Positions 37,916-50,000 of a DNA stretch of 64,000 bases are shown piece by piece. The stretch's first letter is position 1. Every line of letters starts with the position of its first letter. Both the position numbers and the translations under genes were made by a program. This stretch comes from an uncultured Clostridia bacterium (lineage in GTDB: Bacteria; Bacillota; Clostridia; TANB77; CAG-508), in NCBI GenBank assembly GCA_944389475.1, contig CALXMM010000003.1, forward strand, positions 64,847 through 128,846, given 5' to 3'. The notes under the pieces are model-generated. The model was not told the DNA's origin, did not search any database, and saw nothing but the letters and a program-made list of their open reading frames with translations.

Positions 37916-38022
37916 TACAATTTTGTACATTTATATTTTTGTGTAAAAAATAAGAGTACCTACAAAGTATTTCTACTCTATAGGTACTCAATTTTTCTTT
38001 TGTATATTTAGCATAATAAACA
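37888..38022. repeat. Direct repeat copy A (about 135 bp) flanking the ATPase/Rpn cassette
   Basis: Shares the identical 34-nt core AGTACCTACAAAGTATTTCTACTCTATAGGTACT (37955-37988) with 40970-41003, plus about 80%-similar flanks. Confidence 0.6.
37945..37988 (-). terminator. Terminator hairpin (copy A)
   Basis: AGTACCTA-18 nt loop-TAGGTACT, followed on the minus strand by CTTATTTTTT. It lies downstream of the ATPase gene and upstream of leader 1. Confidence 0.5.
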
Positions 38023-38111
38023 AAAAAAGTGGAAAACTATATTTTAACTCTATAATCATCCACTCTTTATATATAACTTATACTAATTATATCTAATTTT
38101 TTAATTTATTC

Positions 38112-39419
38112 CTATAAACTCAATTTATCTAAACAAAAAACACTGTATAAAGGAATACACTTTATATCATTTTCAAATCCAAAATTCTTAGTTGATACTC
38201 TTATTGAATATTTAATATTATATAAACTTTTAAATACATTTAAACTTTTTGACCTTGTATGCGCACTTGATTTTACTTCTATTGGAATAATATTTCCTTC
38301 TTTATCTTGCACAACAAAGTCAACTTCTGCTTTTCCGTTTGATTCCCAATAATATGGTCTTAAACCTGCTTTAACCAAACTACTACATACATAGTTTTCT
38401 GCTAATGCTCCTTTAAAATCATTCAAATTATCATTATCTACAATTATAATATTGGTAGGTATACCAAATTTATTACACAATAACCCAACATCATTCATAT
38501 AAATCTTAAAACTCTCCGGCTCTATAAATGCAGAAAGCGGTAATTTACCTTCTCTTGTTTTAGTGCATTGTATAATAATTCCTGAAGCATTCAACCAATT
38601 AATAGCAGTCTCATATTCATATGCTCTCGCCCCTGATTTTATCAATTTGTATTGAAATTTTCTATTTTCTTTTGCTAATTGTGAAGAAATGCTATTATAT
38701 ACTGCCATTATTTTAGTCGTTTCTGTTGCTGTAGCATATTTTGCCATATCCGCTATATACGAATTATTAATATCCTTTAATATTGATGATACAAAATCCA
38801 TATCCTGTTTTTCTTTATATTCTAATATTGCCCTTGGCATTCCACCAATTGCTAAGTATAAACGATAATAGTTATTTGCTAAACCATGCAAAGAAAATTC
38901 TCTATCACTTTCAAAAGCATCCCTTATTAAATTTGCTAAATCTCTCCTATCCATTGCCCACAAAAACTCTTCAAAATCTAATGGGTATAATGTTAGCATT
39001 TTTACTTTGCCTACCGGGAATGAATATTTATTTCTATTTATTGCTATTCCTAACAAAGAACCCGCTGCTATTACATGATATTTGTAATTACTCTCTGCAA
39101 AATATTTTAAAGATGTTAATGCTCTTTCGCAGGTCTGAATTTCATCAAAGAAAATTAATGTGTCTTCTTCCATTATTGTTATTCCTAATCTTACACTTAA
39201 TTCTTTAATGATTCTGTCCACCTCTAAATCTTGTTCAAAGATTTTAGCAATCTCTCTGTTATCCTCAAAATTTATATATACAACATTTTTATAATTCTCT
39301 TTTCCAAAAGATAGAATTGTATATGTTTTTCCAACTTGTCTTGCTCCATAAATAATTAGTGGCATCTTTTCTTGATTATCTTTCCATTCAAGTAATATTT
39401 TTGACATTTTTCGTTCCAT
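38112..39419 (-). CDS. AAA_14 ATPase with a DUF4143 C-terminal domain
   Basis: Walker A YGARQVGKT and Walker B LIFFDEIQ, with a C-terminal ...GKAEVDFVV.....IPIEVKS (DUF4143-like) region. Start set at the MERKMSK ATG (39419), 8 nt after AGGAGG. Confidence 0.75.
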   Translation of the reverse strand: MERKMSKILLEWKDNQEKMPLIIYGARQVGKTYTILSFGKENYKNVVYINFEDNREIAKIFEQDLEVDRIIKELSVRLGITIMEEDTLIFFDEIQTCERALTSLKYFAESNYKYHVIAAGSLLGIAINRNKYSFPVGKVKMLTLYPLDFEEFLWAMDRRDLANLIRDAFESDREFSLHGLANNYYRLYLAIGGMPRAILEYKEKQDMDFVSSILKDINNSYIADMAKYATATETTKIMAVYNSISSQLAKENRKFQYKLIKSGARAYEYETAINWLNASGIIIQCTKTREGKLPLSAFIEPESFKIYMNDVGLLCNKFGIPTNIIIVDNDNLNDFKGALAENYVCSSLVKAGLRPYYWESNGKAEVDFVVQDKEGNIIPIEVKSSAHTRSKSLNVFKSLYNIKYSIRVSTKNFGFENDIKCIPLYSVFCLDKLSL

Positions 39420-39614
39420 TTTATGTGCCTCCTTTACATTTATTGTAACATGCATTTATTGATATGTCAATTTGAAGATGTTATTACTAAATAATTTAGT
39501 CTTGCTAACATTAATTTAAATGAAAAAGAAACATCTATTATTAAGTGTTTGCTTTAATTTTAAAACTTGCACTTTAATAGATGTTTCTAATTTCATTATG
39601 CTCATATTAATTTA

Positions 39615-40475
39615 TTATATTTCCTTAGTTAATTTTTCAATTTCTTCTTCGTTTAGTTCAGTTATTTTTAATATCACATCTTTAGGCATTTTTTCTTTTA
39701 GCATTTTCTTAGCTATCTCTATTTTTTCTTGTTTTCGTCCTTCTTTTTGACCTTCTTTTTGTCCTTGTTTTCGTCCAATTTTTTCGCCATCTTCTCTTGC
39801 TCCTTCCATATTCGTTACATAATCTTTTAATGCTTTTTCCCTTAAAAAAGCTTTTCTCCTTACTGCTTCATCTCCTGTTAGATATTCTAGTTCATCTGAT
39901 GCTTCTTTTACTTTTTTATTCTCTTCCATTGCCTTTTTTACCCCCTTTTCATCTTGACCATCTATGAATTTTAACCATTGCCATAATTTCTTGTTCTCTT
40001 TTTCACTCCCTTCCTTTTTAAATTTTGGTATTTGTATAAAATGCATTTCTAAATCATTTGTTAGTAATTTATTTTTATATTCTCTTCTTATCGTTGCTAC
40101 TTCATGATATGGTCCTTCTTTAAAGATATCAAAATTTAATATATTTATTGTTACTACTCTATTATTTTTCTTATAATTTCCTCCACTTTTTAGTCCATTA
40201 TAATATAATCCTGACCAATAGAATAATGACCTTTCTGTCATATTATATTGGTCTTGCATTTGCATTTCTATATCTATTGTTATTCCATTATCTATTACTG
40301 CTTCTATATCTAATATTCCTTCTTTATTATCTATTAAATCTCTTTCTAAATCTACTTCTGCTTTTATCTCTATTTGATGAATATTTATATTTAATATTCC
40401 ACTTAATAAATCTATTAGCATTCCTTTATTCTTATTGTTTCCAAAAACTTTTTTAAAAATAAAGTCATTTGTCAT
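39615..40475 (-). CDS. Rpn-family recombination-promoting nuclease / putative transposase (PD-(D/E)XK, TIGR01784-like)
   Basis: N-terminal TNDFIFKKVFG, the GILDIEAV...IDIEMQ core (D...ExQ variant of the PD-(D/E)XK motif) and ...VVTINILNF, followed by a K/E/Q-rich C-terminal helical tail. Confidence 0.75.
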   Translation of the reverse strand: MTNDFIFKKVFGNNKNKGMLIDLLSGILNINIHQIEIKAEVDLERDLIDNKEGILDIEAVIDNGITIDIEMQMQDQYNMTERSLFYWSGLYYNGLKSGGNYKKNNRVVTINILNFDIFKEGPYHEVATIRREYKNKLLTNDLEMHFIQIPKFKKEGSEKENKKLWQWLKFIDGQDEKGVKKAMEENKKVKEASDELEYLTGDEAVRRKAFLREKALKDYVTNMEGAREDGEKIGRKQGQKEGQKEGRKQEKIEIAKKMLKEKMPKDVILKITELNEEEIEKLTKEI

Positions 40476-40892
40476 TTTTAATTTATAATCTTTTTCTTCT
40501 TCTATAATACATCTCTCCTCTCAATTATATAAAAATATTTCGTATAATTCAACTTATTAATTAAAATTTGCATAATTAATAAAGGTATTTATTTACCTCT
40601 TTCTTTTTCTTAATAATTTGGAATTTCCTTAGAAATTTAAGAATTAAAACTTTTTAATTTTTATTAATAATTATTAAAAAAATTTAAATATGAATAAAAA
40701 CATGAATAAAACTAAAACTTTAAAACTTACTAATGTTATTTATTTAAAAAGTATTTATTAAAAATTTGATTCGATAGTTTAAATTTAAATGTTTCGAATG
40801 TTATTTATTTATAACACATTTTTACATTATTTTCAATCATTTTTCATCTACATTATTCGAGCTTTTTCGAGATTTCTTAAGATGTATTGTAT

Positions 40893-41030
40893 TGGCTTTT
40901 TCAAAGATTTCATACTTTTAAGGCTTTTCTTATTACAATTTTCGTAATTTATAAATTTTATATTATAAAAAGTACCTACAAAGTATTTCTACTCTATAGG
41001 TACTTAATCTTTTCTTTCGTATATCTAACA
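40893..41030. repeat. Direct repeat copy B flanking the ATPase/Rpn cassette
   Basis: See copy A. The identical 34-nt core lies at 40970-41003, and the similarity extends about 75 bp to the left and about 28 bp to the right. Confidence 0.6.
40966..41003 (-). terminator. Terminator hairpin of giant gene 2 (copy B)
   Basis: Same hairpin as 37955-37988, about 90 nt after the gene 2 stop, followed on the minus strand by TTTTTA. Confidence 0.6.
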
Positions 41031-41095
41031 TATTTTTCCTATGTCTTTATATACTACTTCTTTTGTTCCTTAAGTCTTTATCTTCTGTCATTTTA

Positions 41096-44000
41096 TTATT
41101 TCTTGTTATTTTTCTTTTGTCTCTTTGTTAGAACTACTGCATATCTTAATGTTACACTTTCTAGTCCTACTAATGCTACTAAAGCTATTAATAATCCTAC
41201 TGGGAATTCACCAGTTTCTACACTTATTGATACTGTTGCATTATCCGTATTATCTTTATCATTGCTATCTTTGAATCCTGGTACGTTATCTGTTTCTGTT
41301 AATGCTACTTCATTAACCTTGTTACCCATATTATTTCCAGATGTCTTCCAGTTTAATAATACTGTGTATTCTTTAGTTTCTCCAGCTCCTATTTCTGGTA
41401 TTACCTTTCTAATAGTTGTTTCGCCGCTTTCTGCAGCATTTACGCTTGATACTTCCCATGTTCCATCATTATTTGCTAAAGTCATTCCTTCTGGTAATTT
41501 ATCTTCTACTATTGCCCTTCCGGAAATTTCTCCAGTGTTCATAACTTTTATCTTGTACTCTACTTGTACACTTGTGTTTTCTGTGCTCTTTCTATAGATA
41601 TCTACTTTTTCTAGTTTTCCATTTGTTGCATTTCTTCTTTCACCATTTACTATTATTGCAGAAATATCTTTTTCTACTCCAATATTAAATGGTTTTGGTT
41701 CGTAGTAATAGTAAACATCTTTTGTGTTGTTAACTATATCTTTTCCATTTTCATCCTTTGTGATTTCTACTTTCATCTTACCATTTGGTTCTTTTGGACT
41801 TTCTACTAATTTATAGTATTCAAAGTCTTTTGGTGTTGTTGTATAGTCATCATCTTTGTATCCTTCGATAATTACTTGTGATGATTGTAGTTCTCCTGTT
41901 TCTGGATTGTTTTCTTCTAGTTCTCTTCCTGTTGTTCTATCTACATAGTGTACTATTACTTTTGCTGGTTGATTATAATAGTAATTTACTACTATTTTAT
42001 CTTTTGTCATTGTTCCTTGAGCATTTGTTGGTAACATATTGTTTCCATCTTTATCTTCTGTTACTAATTCGTAACTTAAGAATTCTTTTGCACTTGTAGT
42101 ATATTCATCTCCAACATGTCCATTGTAAATTGTTGGTTCTGCCAACTCTTCTCCTGTTACTATGTCTATGTGGTGTTCTTCTACTACTGCTTTTCTTACA
42201 TAATAATATGTTACTACTGTCTTATTATTCGTTATATTACCATTTTCATCTGTTTCTACTGTTAGAGTTCCATCTTTGTTTGATGGTACTTCTACTAAGT
42301 CAAAGTCTTCGAATGTCTTTTGCTCTGTTGTGTATGGGTCACCTTCATGTTTTGTATCATCAACTATTTGGTCTGTTAAAGGTTCTCCTGTTTCTTTATC
42401 TATGTAGTTTACTTCTAATACTGCTTTCTTTATGTAATAGTAATTTACTGTTACAAGTTCTTCTCCCATTGTTCCACTTGCGTTGTTTGGAAGTTTTGTT
42501 GTTACTAAATCATATCCTACAAAGTTCTTGCTTGGTATGTTGTAACTATCTCCTACTTGAACTTCATGTTCTTCTGTATATAAGATTTTCCCTGTTTTGT
42601 CATCTATGTGGTTTTCTAGTAATCCAGTATATACTGGCTCATACCAATATATTAAGGTTTGTTCTTCTTTTGTCATGTTTATTGTTGTTGGATTTGGACT
42701 TTGTATTAATTTATATCCTGTGAATTCTTTTGAGTTTGTTACAAATTCATCTCCAACTAATCCTTCTTCTGTTCTTGGTGTCTCTAAATCTTTTACTATT
42801 TCTCCTGTCTCTGGATTTCCTTCCACATATCTAACTGTTGCTTTTGTGTTTTGTAGATAGTAATATGTTACATTTGTGTCTGCTACTGTCATTGTTCCTT
42901 GTGTGTTTCCACTATTAGAAACTAATGTGTATGTTTTACCATCTTTTGTTATTGTATCTTTCTTATGTTCTGTATCTGTGTTGTATTGGTCATCTACGTG
43001 TCCATCAATTTGCTCATTATCTGATAAAACTAGGTTATTGCCATCATTATCATCTGAGTCCTTTTCTAGGTAATGTATTATTACTTTTGCTGGTTTTAAT
43101 CTGTAATAATATATTACTTCTTGTGGTTTTTCTTCATCATATTTTTCTATTGTTCCATCTGGTTTCTCTGGTAATTTTTCTTGGACTAACTCATATTTTT
43201 CATTTACATTGTCTGCTGGCTCTGTCTCATATGGGTCTCCTTCTTTTCCTTCGATTATCTCATCTTGAACCTCGTTTCCTTCTTTGTCTGGGACTCTTGT
43301 TTCTGTTGTACTTCCATCTGGATTCATTACATAATGATGTACTGTTACTTTTCCGTATTTATTTGTGTTTGTAACAGTTTTATCTGTTACTACACTATCG
43401 TAATATTTTAAGTCTCCATCTGTCTTTTGTTCTTCTGTTAATGTATATACAATTTCTTGTTTATTAGCATCATATTTTGGTAAGTCTGTAAATATATCAT
43501 TCCATTTATTTGGATTTTCGCTATCTTGTGTTGTAGTTGTGTTTGCTGTTCCTGGTTTTGCTACATCCAATGTTCTTACACTTCCATCACTACCTGTTAA
43601 CTTAAATACTACTCTTGTTGGTCTTTGTCCTAGTTTGTTATCACTATCATCCCATATTTTGCTTACTGGTATATTTACTATAAATCCTGTTGTTGTTGGC
43701 CAGTTTGCTGTTACTTCTTCACTTGTTCTATCCGGTGTTTCATATTCTATATGAGCTTTTATATTATTTTTAATACTCAATGTGTCTTGGCTAATTCCTG
43801 TATATACAACTTTTATTTGTTTATTTATTGTTACTTCTCTACCTTCTGTCATTTGTATATTTTCTACTGGTTGTTCCCATGTTATTGTCTTGCTTGCTGC
43901 ATCATATGTTCCACCATCTAAGTCTTCTAATATATTTGTTTTTGTTGTATCTATTTCATATGGTAATTGATCTACTAATACAATCTTTGCATTTCCTTCA

Positions 44001-47000
44001 TAGTCTGTTATATGTGCTGTGTAATTTATGTTATATGTTATCTCATCATCTAGACTATCTGTTGTTGCTGTTCCTGTCTTAGATATACTTTGTTCTTCTT
44101 TTGGCTCTACATATGTGTGCTCTGGCTCTTCTGGAACTTTTTCATCTTCTGGATTTTCTCCTGGTTCATCACCTGGATTTCCTGGGTTATCAGTATCTTT
44201 ATTTATATATGCTGTATTCTTTATTGTTGTTCCATCTGCCAATTTATTTACTCTTACTTGGAACTCAACTACTTTTTCTTCATTTATTCCTAATGTTACA
44301 CTTATTCCATTTTCTAAATCTTCAGCTGTCTTTGTTAAATCTTGTAATTCTCCTATTCTTACTGAGTCTTCTACAAATGTTGTTCCTTCTGGCACTTTAT
44401 CTTTTACAAGTACTGTTCCAGCTCTTGTTCCATCATTTCTTACTCTTATTCTGTATGTTATTGTGTCTCCTTCTGTTACTTTTGTTCCACTTACTGGGTC
44501 TGATTCTTTATGTGCTGTAATATTTGGTTTCGTTACTGTTGTTGTTACTTCATTTGTTGGTTCATTATCCAATGTTGCTTTATTCTTTAATTCTTTACTA
44601 TATGTTCCTTCTGGTAATGTATTTACTATTCCCGCAAATACTACATCAACTGTACTATATTCTGGAACTTCTACTTGTATTCCATTCTTTAAATTTTGCT
44701 CTGTATATACTGTTCCTGTACTTCCAACTTTTATTTGTGTACTACTATCAAATGTTAGACCTTCTGGTAATGTATCTGCTAATGTTACTGTTTTAGCTAA
44801 GTTTCCATCATTCTTAATTCTTACTGTATATGTTACTTTCTCTCCTTCTTGTGCTTCTGTCTTATCAACTATTTTCTCTGCACTTATTATTGATTTATAT
44901 ATTGTGCTTTCAAAGTCATCATTTGTTTCTTCACTTGTTGTTTCTGGAGTAAGTAACTTAATACTTCCTCTTACATTGTTTGTTATCTTTTCTTGGTTCA
45001 TATCTAAACCAGTATAGAATACTTTAATGTTCTTAGTTATATTAACTGTTCCTTTGACATTATAACTATCTAAGTCTGATACGTTTTCTGTCCATGTAAT
45101 TGTATGCTTTGCTGGGTCATAGTTTCCGCCATCTAGGTCGTTGGCTTTGCTTGTATCTATTGCATATGGCAATGTATCTACGATTGTTACTTCTGCATTA
45201 CCTATATAGTCTGTTACATTTGCATTATATGTTATAGTGTAATTTACTTCTTGGTCAGGTGCTGTTATTCTCTCTGTACCAGTCTTTTCTATTGTGTTTG
45301 TTACTGTTGGTGTTTTTAGTTTGTAATAGTATGTTACTACTATTTGTTCCAATGTCATATTACCATTTGCATTTGCTGGATTTTCATTTACAACTTCATA
45401 GTTATTTGCTATCTCTGTTGATGGATTTGTTGTATATGGTGAATTTACTTGTCCATCTATTAATTCATCTTCTACTACTCCACCATTTTTATTTGGTACC
45501 TTGGTTTCTGTTGTTGTTCCATCTAGGTTCATAATATAGTGGTGTACTAATACATTTGTAGGTTTTAGTTTGTAATAGTAAATTACTTCTATTGTTCCAT
45601 TTTGTATCGTTCCACTTGTTTCTCCTACTGTTGAGACATACTCATAATTTTCGCTTACATTATCTGCTTGTTTTGTTGCATAGATATCTCCTACATCTCC
45701 TGTTTGTACTACATCTTCGACTACTCCACCATCTTTATTAGGTACTTTTGTTTCTGTTGTTGTTCCATCTGAATTCATAATATAGTGGTGAGTTATTACC
45801 GTTCCTTTAATTTTAGTATTTGTTATATCTAATGTTACTTGGTCTTGTCCTTTTGTTACACTAAACTCTGTCGTATTATTTTCTGGTATTTGGTAACCCT
45901 CTGGTACTTCTGTTTCTGTTGCAATATAGTCTCCTGATTCTAAATTAGTTGCTATTTGTCCGTTAGAATCTGTTGTGTAAGTTCCAATTATTGTTGTTGG
46001 AGTATCCTTATCTGCAATTGTAAATTTAACTCCTGCAAGTGGTGTTTTTCCATCTTCTGCAAATTTGTTTATTACAAGTGGTCTTACAACTTTTTTATAA
46101 TAATAGGTTACAACTACTTCTTCTCCACTATATGTTCCTTCTGCATTTGAAGGTGTTTCTACTAATTCGTAATCATCACTTAATTTGTCTTCCTCAATTG
46201 CATTTGTTATATATGGTTCATTTTCTTTTCCACTATCGATTACATCTTCTGCTACTCCACCATCTTTTAATGGTACTTTCTCTGTTGTTCCTTCTATATA
46301 ATGATGTACTGTTAGTGGTATATCCTTTGTTTCGTAATAGTAGATTACTTCTATTGTCTTACCAGATTCAAAATCTCCTGTTGCATTTTCTGGTAGTACA
46401 TAGTTTCCTTCTCCATCTTTTTCTAGTTCATATTCGCTTAAGTCTAATTTTGGATTTGTTGTATATTTTTCTCCATTCTTTCCTTCTACTAATTCATCTT
46501 CTGCTACTTTTGTTGTTGTATAGTTTCCTTCATTATCTTTTAAATAATGATGTACTATTACTTTTGCAAGTTTATTATTTTCTATTGTAAACTCATGATT
46601 TCCATCTGCTCTAAATTCTACTACAACTGGTTCACTATTTAACTCATATCCTTCTGGTGCTGTAACCTCTGTTATTTGGTATTTTCCAAATGGTATTTGT
46701 GTTATAGCTTGTCCTTCACTATTTGTAGTTACTTCTGTATGATATAGTTCTGAATCATTTAAAGTAACTTTTACACTATTTACAGTAAATTTATCATCTC
46801 CTGTTGATGTACTAGCATTTTTATAATATCCAAGATGTAAATAATACATTTGTCCACCTTGTAATACTGTTGTATAGTCTTGTGCATCTTGCTCTCCAGA
46901 TATATAGACAAATCTTCCTGTACTACTGCTATATGATGGTGCAGTTGTATTACTTGTTACTGTTGCATATCCATAATCAGAACTACTTTGACTTGATACA

Positions 47001-50000
47001 TCTGCATTTACTGTTAAGTTATATTTTCCAGTATAATTTGTTAAATCTATTGGGATATATGAATTTGCTACTGTGCTATCTTGTCCTTGGTTATTTGATT
47101 CATATCCTCCTGAACTATTATCTACAAAGTTATATGTAGAACTATTTGCTTCATAGACTTTTATACTATTGATAACTATTTGGTCTTCTCCTGAATCTAT
47201 ACTAACATCTTTATGATAACCTAAATGTAAGTAATATGTTTTACCTCCTTCTAATACCTTTGATGTATAATCTTTCGCAGTTGTTACACTACCATATGTT
47301 CCTGATATATACATAAATCTTCCTGTACTACTACTATATGTTGGTGCTGTTGTACTTTGATTTATTGTTGCATATCCCGAATCAGATCCTTCACTTGATA
47401 CACTTGCATTTACCACTACTACATACTCTCCAGATTTACCACTTAAGTTTATTGGAATATATGAGTTTGCTGTACTACTTTGAATTCCAGCACTTCCACC
47501 ATTTGCAAGTTGATATGTTTTACTATTTGTTGGAACATATGCTCCATCTTCATTTTGTACGAAATAGTATGTTCCATTATTTGTTAAATCACCTAATACT
47601 CCTGTTACTTCTCCTTTTTCTGTATCTGTTTCTACATACTCTTGTCCATTTGCTACTATATCTCCTATAATTTCATCATTATCTGGGTCTGTCCTTTCCT
47701 CTAATTGGTCTAACTTAAATGTTGCTCCTGCTAATTTCTTACTATTATCTTCACTATCTACTTTATTTATAACTATTTTATTATCTTTTAAAGCATATGT
47801 TACTACTACATGCTTATCTTCTGTCATGTTTGTAAATTGTGGCATTTTATATCTTCCATCTTCATTTTCTTCAAATGGCCATTCTTTTCCATTTACTGTT
47901 ATTCCTATTATTTCATAGCCACTATCTGGTGTCATTACTATTTCTTTAGTACTACTATCTCCATATTTAACTTTATCATATGAAGTCATATCTTCTCCAG
48001 AAATACTTCCACCTTTTACTCCATCTATTTCATTTACATCTGTTGTTATATTAAATTCTTTTCTACTATTTTCTACTGTTAGCTCTTGAACCTCTGGAAC
48101 TCCTACTTGATTTGCAACCTCAAGTATCATTCCATCAGAAGTTGTCTCAAAAATTGATGTAGAACCACTATTATTTGTTAATGTATAATCATCAACATTT
48201 ATAGTAGAACTATTAAAATATCCTCCTGCAATGACACCTCCATCACTTGTTACTACTACTGATTGGATATCATCATTACTACTTCCTCCAAAGCTTTTTG
48301 CCCATTCCACTTCGCCTTGACTACTATATTTTATTATTAAACCATCATCACTACCTTTACTTATTAATATTTCATTTCCTACTTGGATTGAGCTACTAAA
48401 ATATCCTCCTACTAGGATTCCTCCATCACTGGTTGACGCTACTGATTCTATATAATCAGAACCACTTCCTCCAAATGATTTTGCCCATTCTACTTTTCCC
48501 TCGCTATTGTATTTTATTATTAGGCAATCATAAGAATATGTAAAACCATTATTTGTTAATGTTTCATTTCCTACTTTAATTGTACTACTATAGAAATATC
48601 CTCCTACTAGGATTCCTCCATCACTGGTTGACGCTACTGATTCTATATAATCAGAACCACTTCCTCCAAATGATTTTGCCCATTCTACTTCTCCTTCGCT
48701 ACTATATTTTATTATTAGACCATCTGAACTACCATTATTTGTTAATTGATAATCTCCTACTTGGATTATATTCTCAGAATATCCTCCTACTAGGATTCCT
48801 CCATCACGCGTTGATGCTACTGAATTGATATAATCATTATAAATTCCTCCAAATGAATCTGCCCATTCTACTTCGCCTGTGCTATTATATTTTATTATTA
48901 ATCCATCATTATCGCCTTTATTTGTTAATTGATAATTTCCTACTTGAATTGTATCACTAGAGAAATATCCTCCTGCGATGGCACCCCCATCACTTGTTGC
49001 TGCTATTGATTGGATTCTATCATCATTACTTCCTCCAAATGATTTTGCCCATTCTACTTCACCTGAGCTATTGTATTTTATTACTAAGCCATCATAATAT
49101 GATGTCGAACCATTATTCTTTAATGTTATTTGACCATTTATGCCTTCTAGTTGGATTGTACTACTTCTAAAATATCCTCCTACTAGGATTCCTCCATCAC
49201 TGGTTGACGCTACTGATTCTATATAATCAGAACCACTTCCTCCAAAGCTTTTTGCCCATTCTACTTGTTTATCCTTATTATATTTTATAATCATTGCATC
49301 ATAATATGATGTCGAACCATTATTTCTTAATGTTATTTGACCATCTATGCCTTCTAGCTGGATTGTACTACTTCTAAAATATCCTCCTGCTATATAGCCT
49401 CCATCGCTTGTTGCTGCTATTGATTGGATTTCATCATCATTACTTCCACCAAATGAACTTGCATTAGTAACAACGGGATTAACAATTTCTTGTTTTTCAA
49501 ATTTAATAATTAATCCATCACTTCCATTAGGAATTAATGTTTTATCTCCAACTTGAATAGTACTATTGAAATATCCTCCTACTATAACATCACCATTCGT
49601 TAATTCAGATATACAATTATAAATTCCATAACTTGATGTTGTTGCATATTCTAATTCACCCATGCTATTTAATTTTAATAAATGTCTGCCTCTAGTAACT
49701 ATTTTGTTATTTAATTTAAATTCAGAGAAAATTCCATTTACTAATATTCCTCCATCATTTGTTGAGATTACTGTGTCGATTTGATTATTACTACTTCCAC
49801 CAAATGATTTTGCCCAATCCACTTCTCCTTCTGAATTATATTTTACTATTAGCGCAGTATCTATACCATTATTTGTTAATTGATAATCTCCAATTTGGAT
49901 AGAAGAACTATTTGTGAAATATCCTCCTATCAGTATTCCTCCATCATTTGTTAATACACTAGAATTAATAGTAATATTGTTATTATCTAGTATAGTTTTT

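Noticed and set aside
37674-37960. c-di-GMP (GEMM-I or type II) riboswitch in the giant-gene leaders.
   Set aside because: This was attractive by analogy with C. difficile adhesin control. However, the only GEMM-like string (ACGCAAGC) is on the wrong (plus) strand, and I could not find the conserved GEMM-I or type II helices and loops in the sense RNA. It remains an unclassified structured leader. An Infernal scan would be decisive.
37674-38000. Invertible (phase-variable) promoter element upstream of the giant genes, given the neighbouring Rpn 'transposase/invertase-like' gene.
   Set aside because: No pair of long inverted repeats (15-30 bp) flanks a promoter-sized segment. The only inverted repeats are the 9-10-bp SD/anti-SD arms and the terminator hairpin. 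No tyrosine or serine recombinase gene is present.
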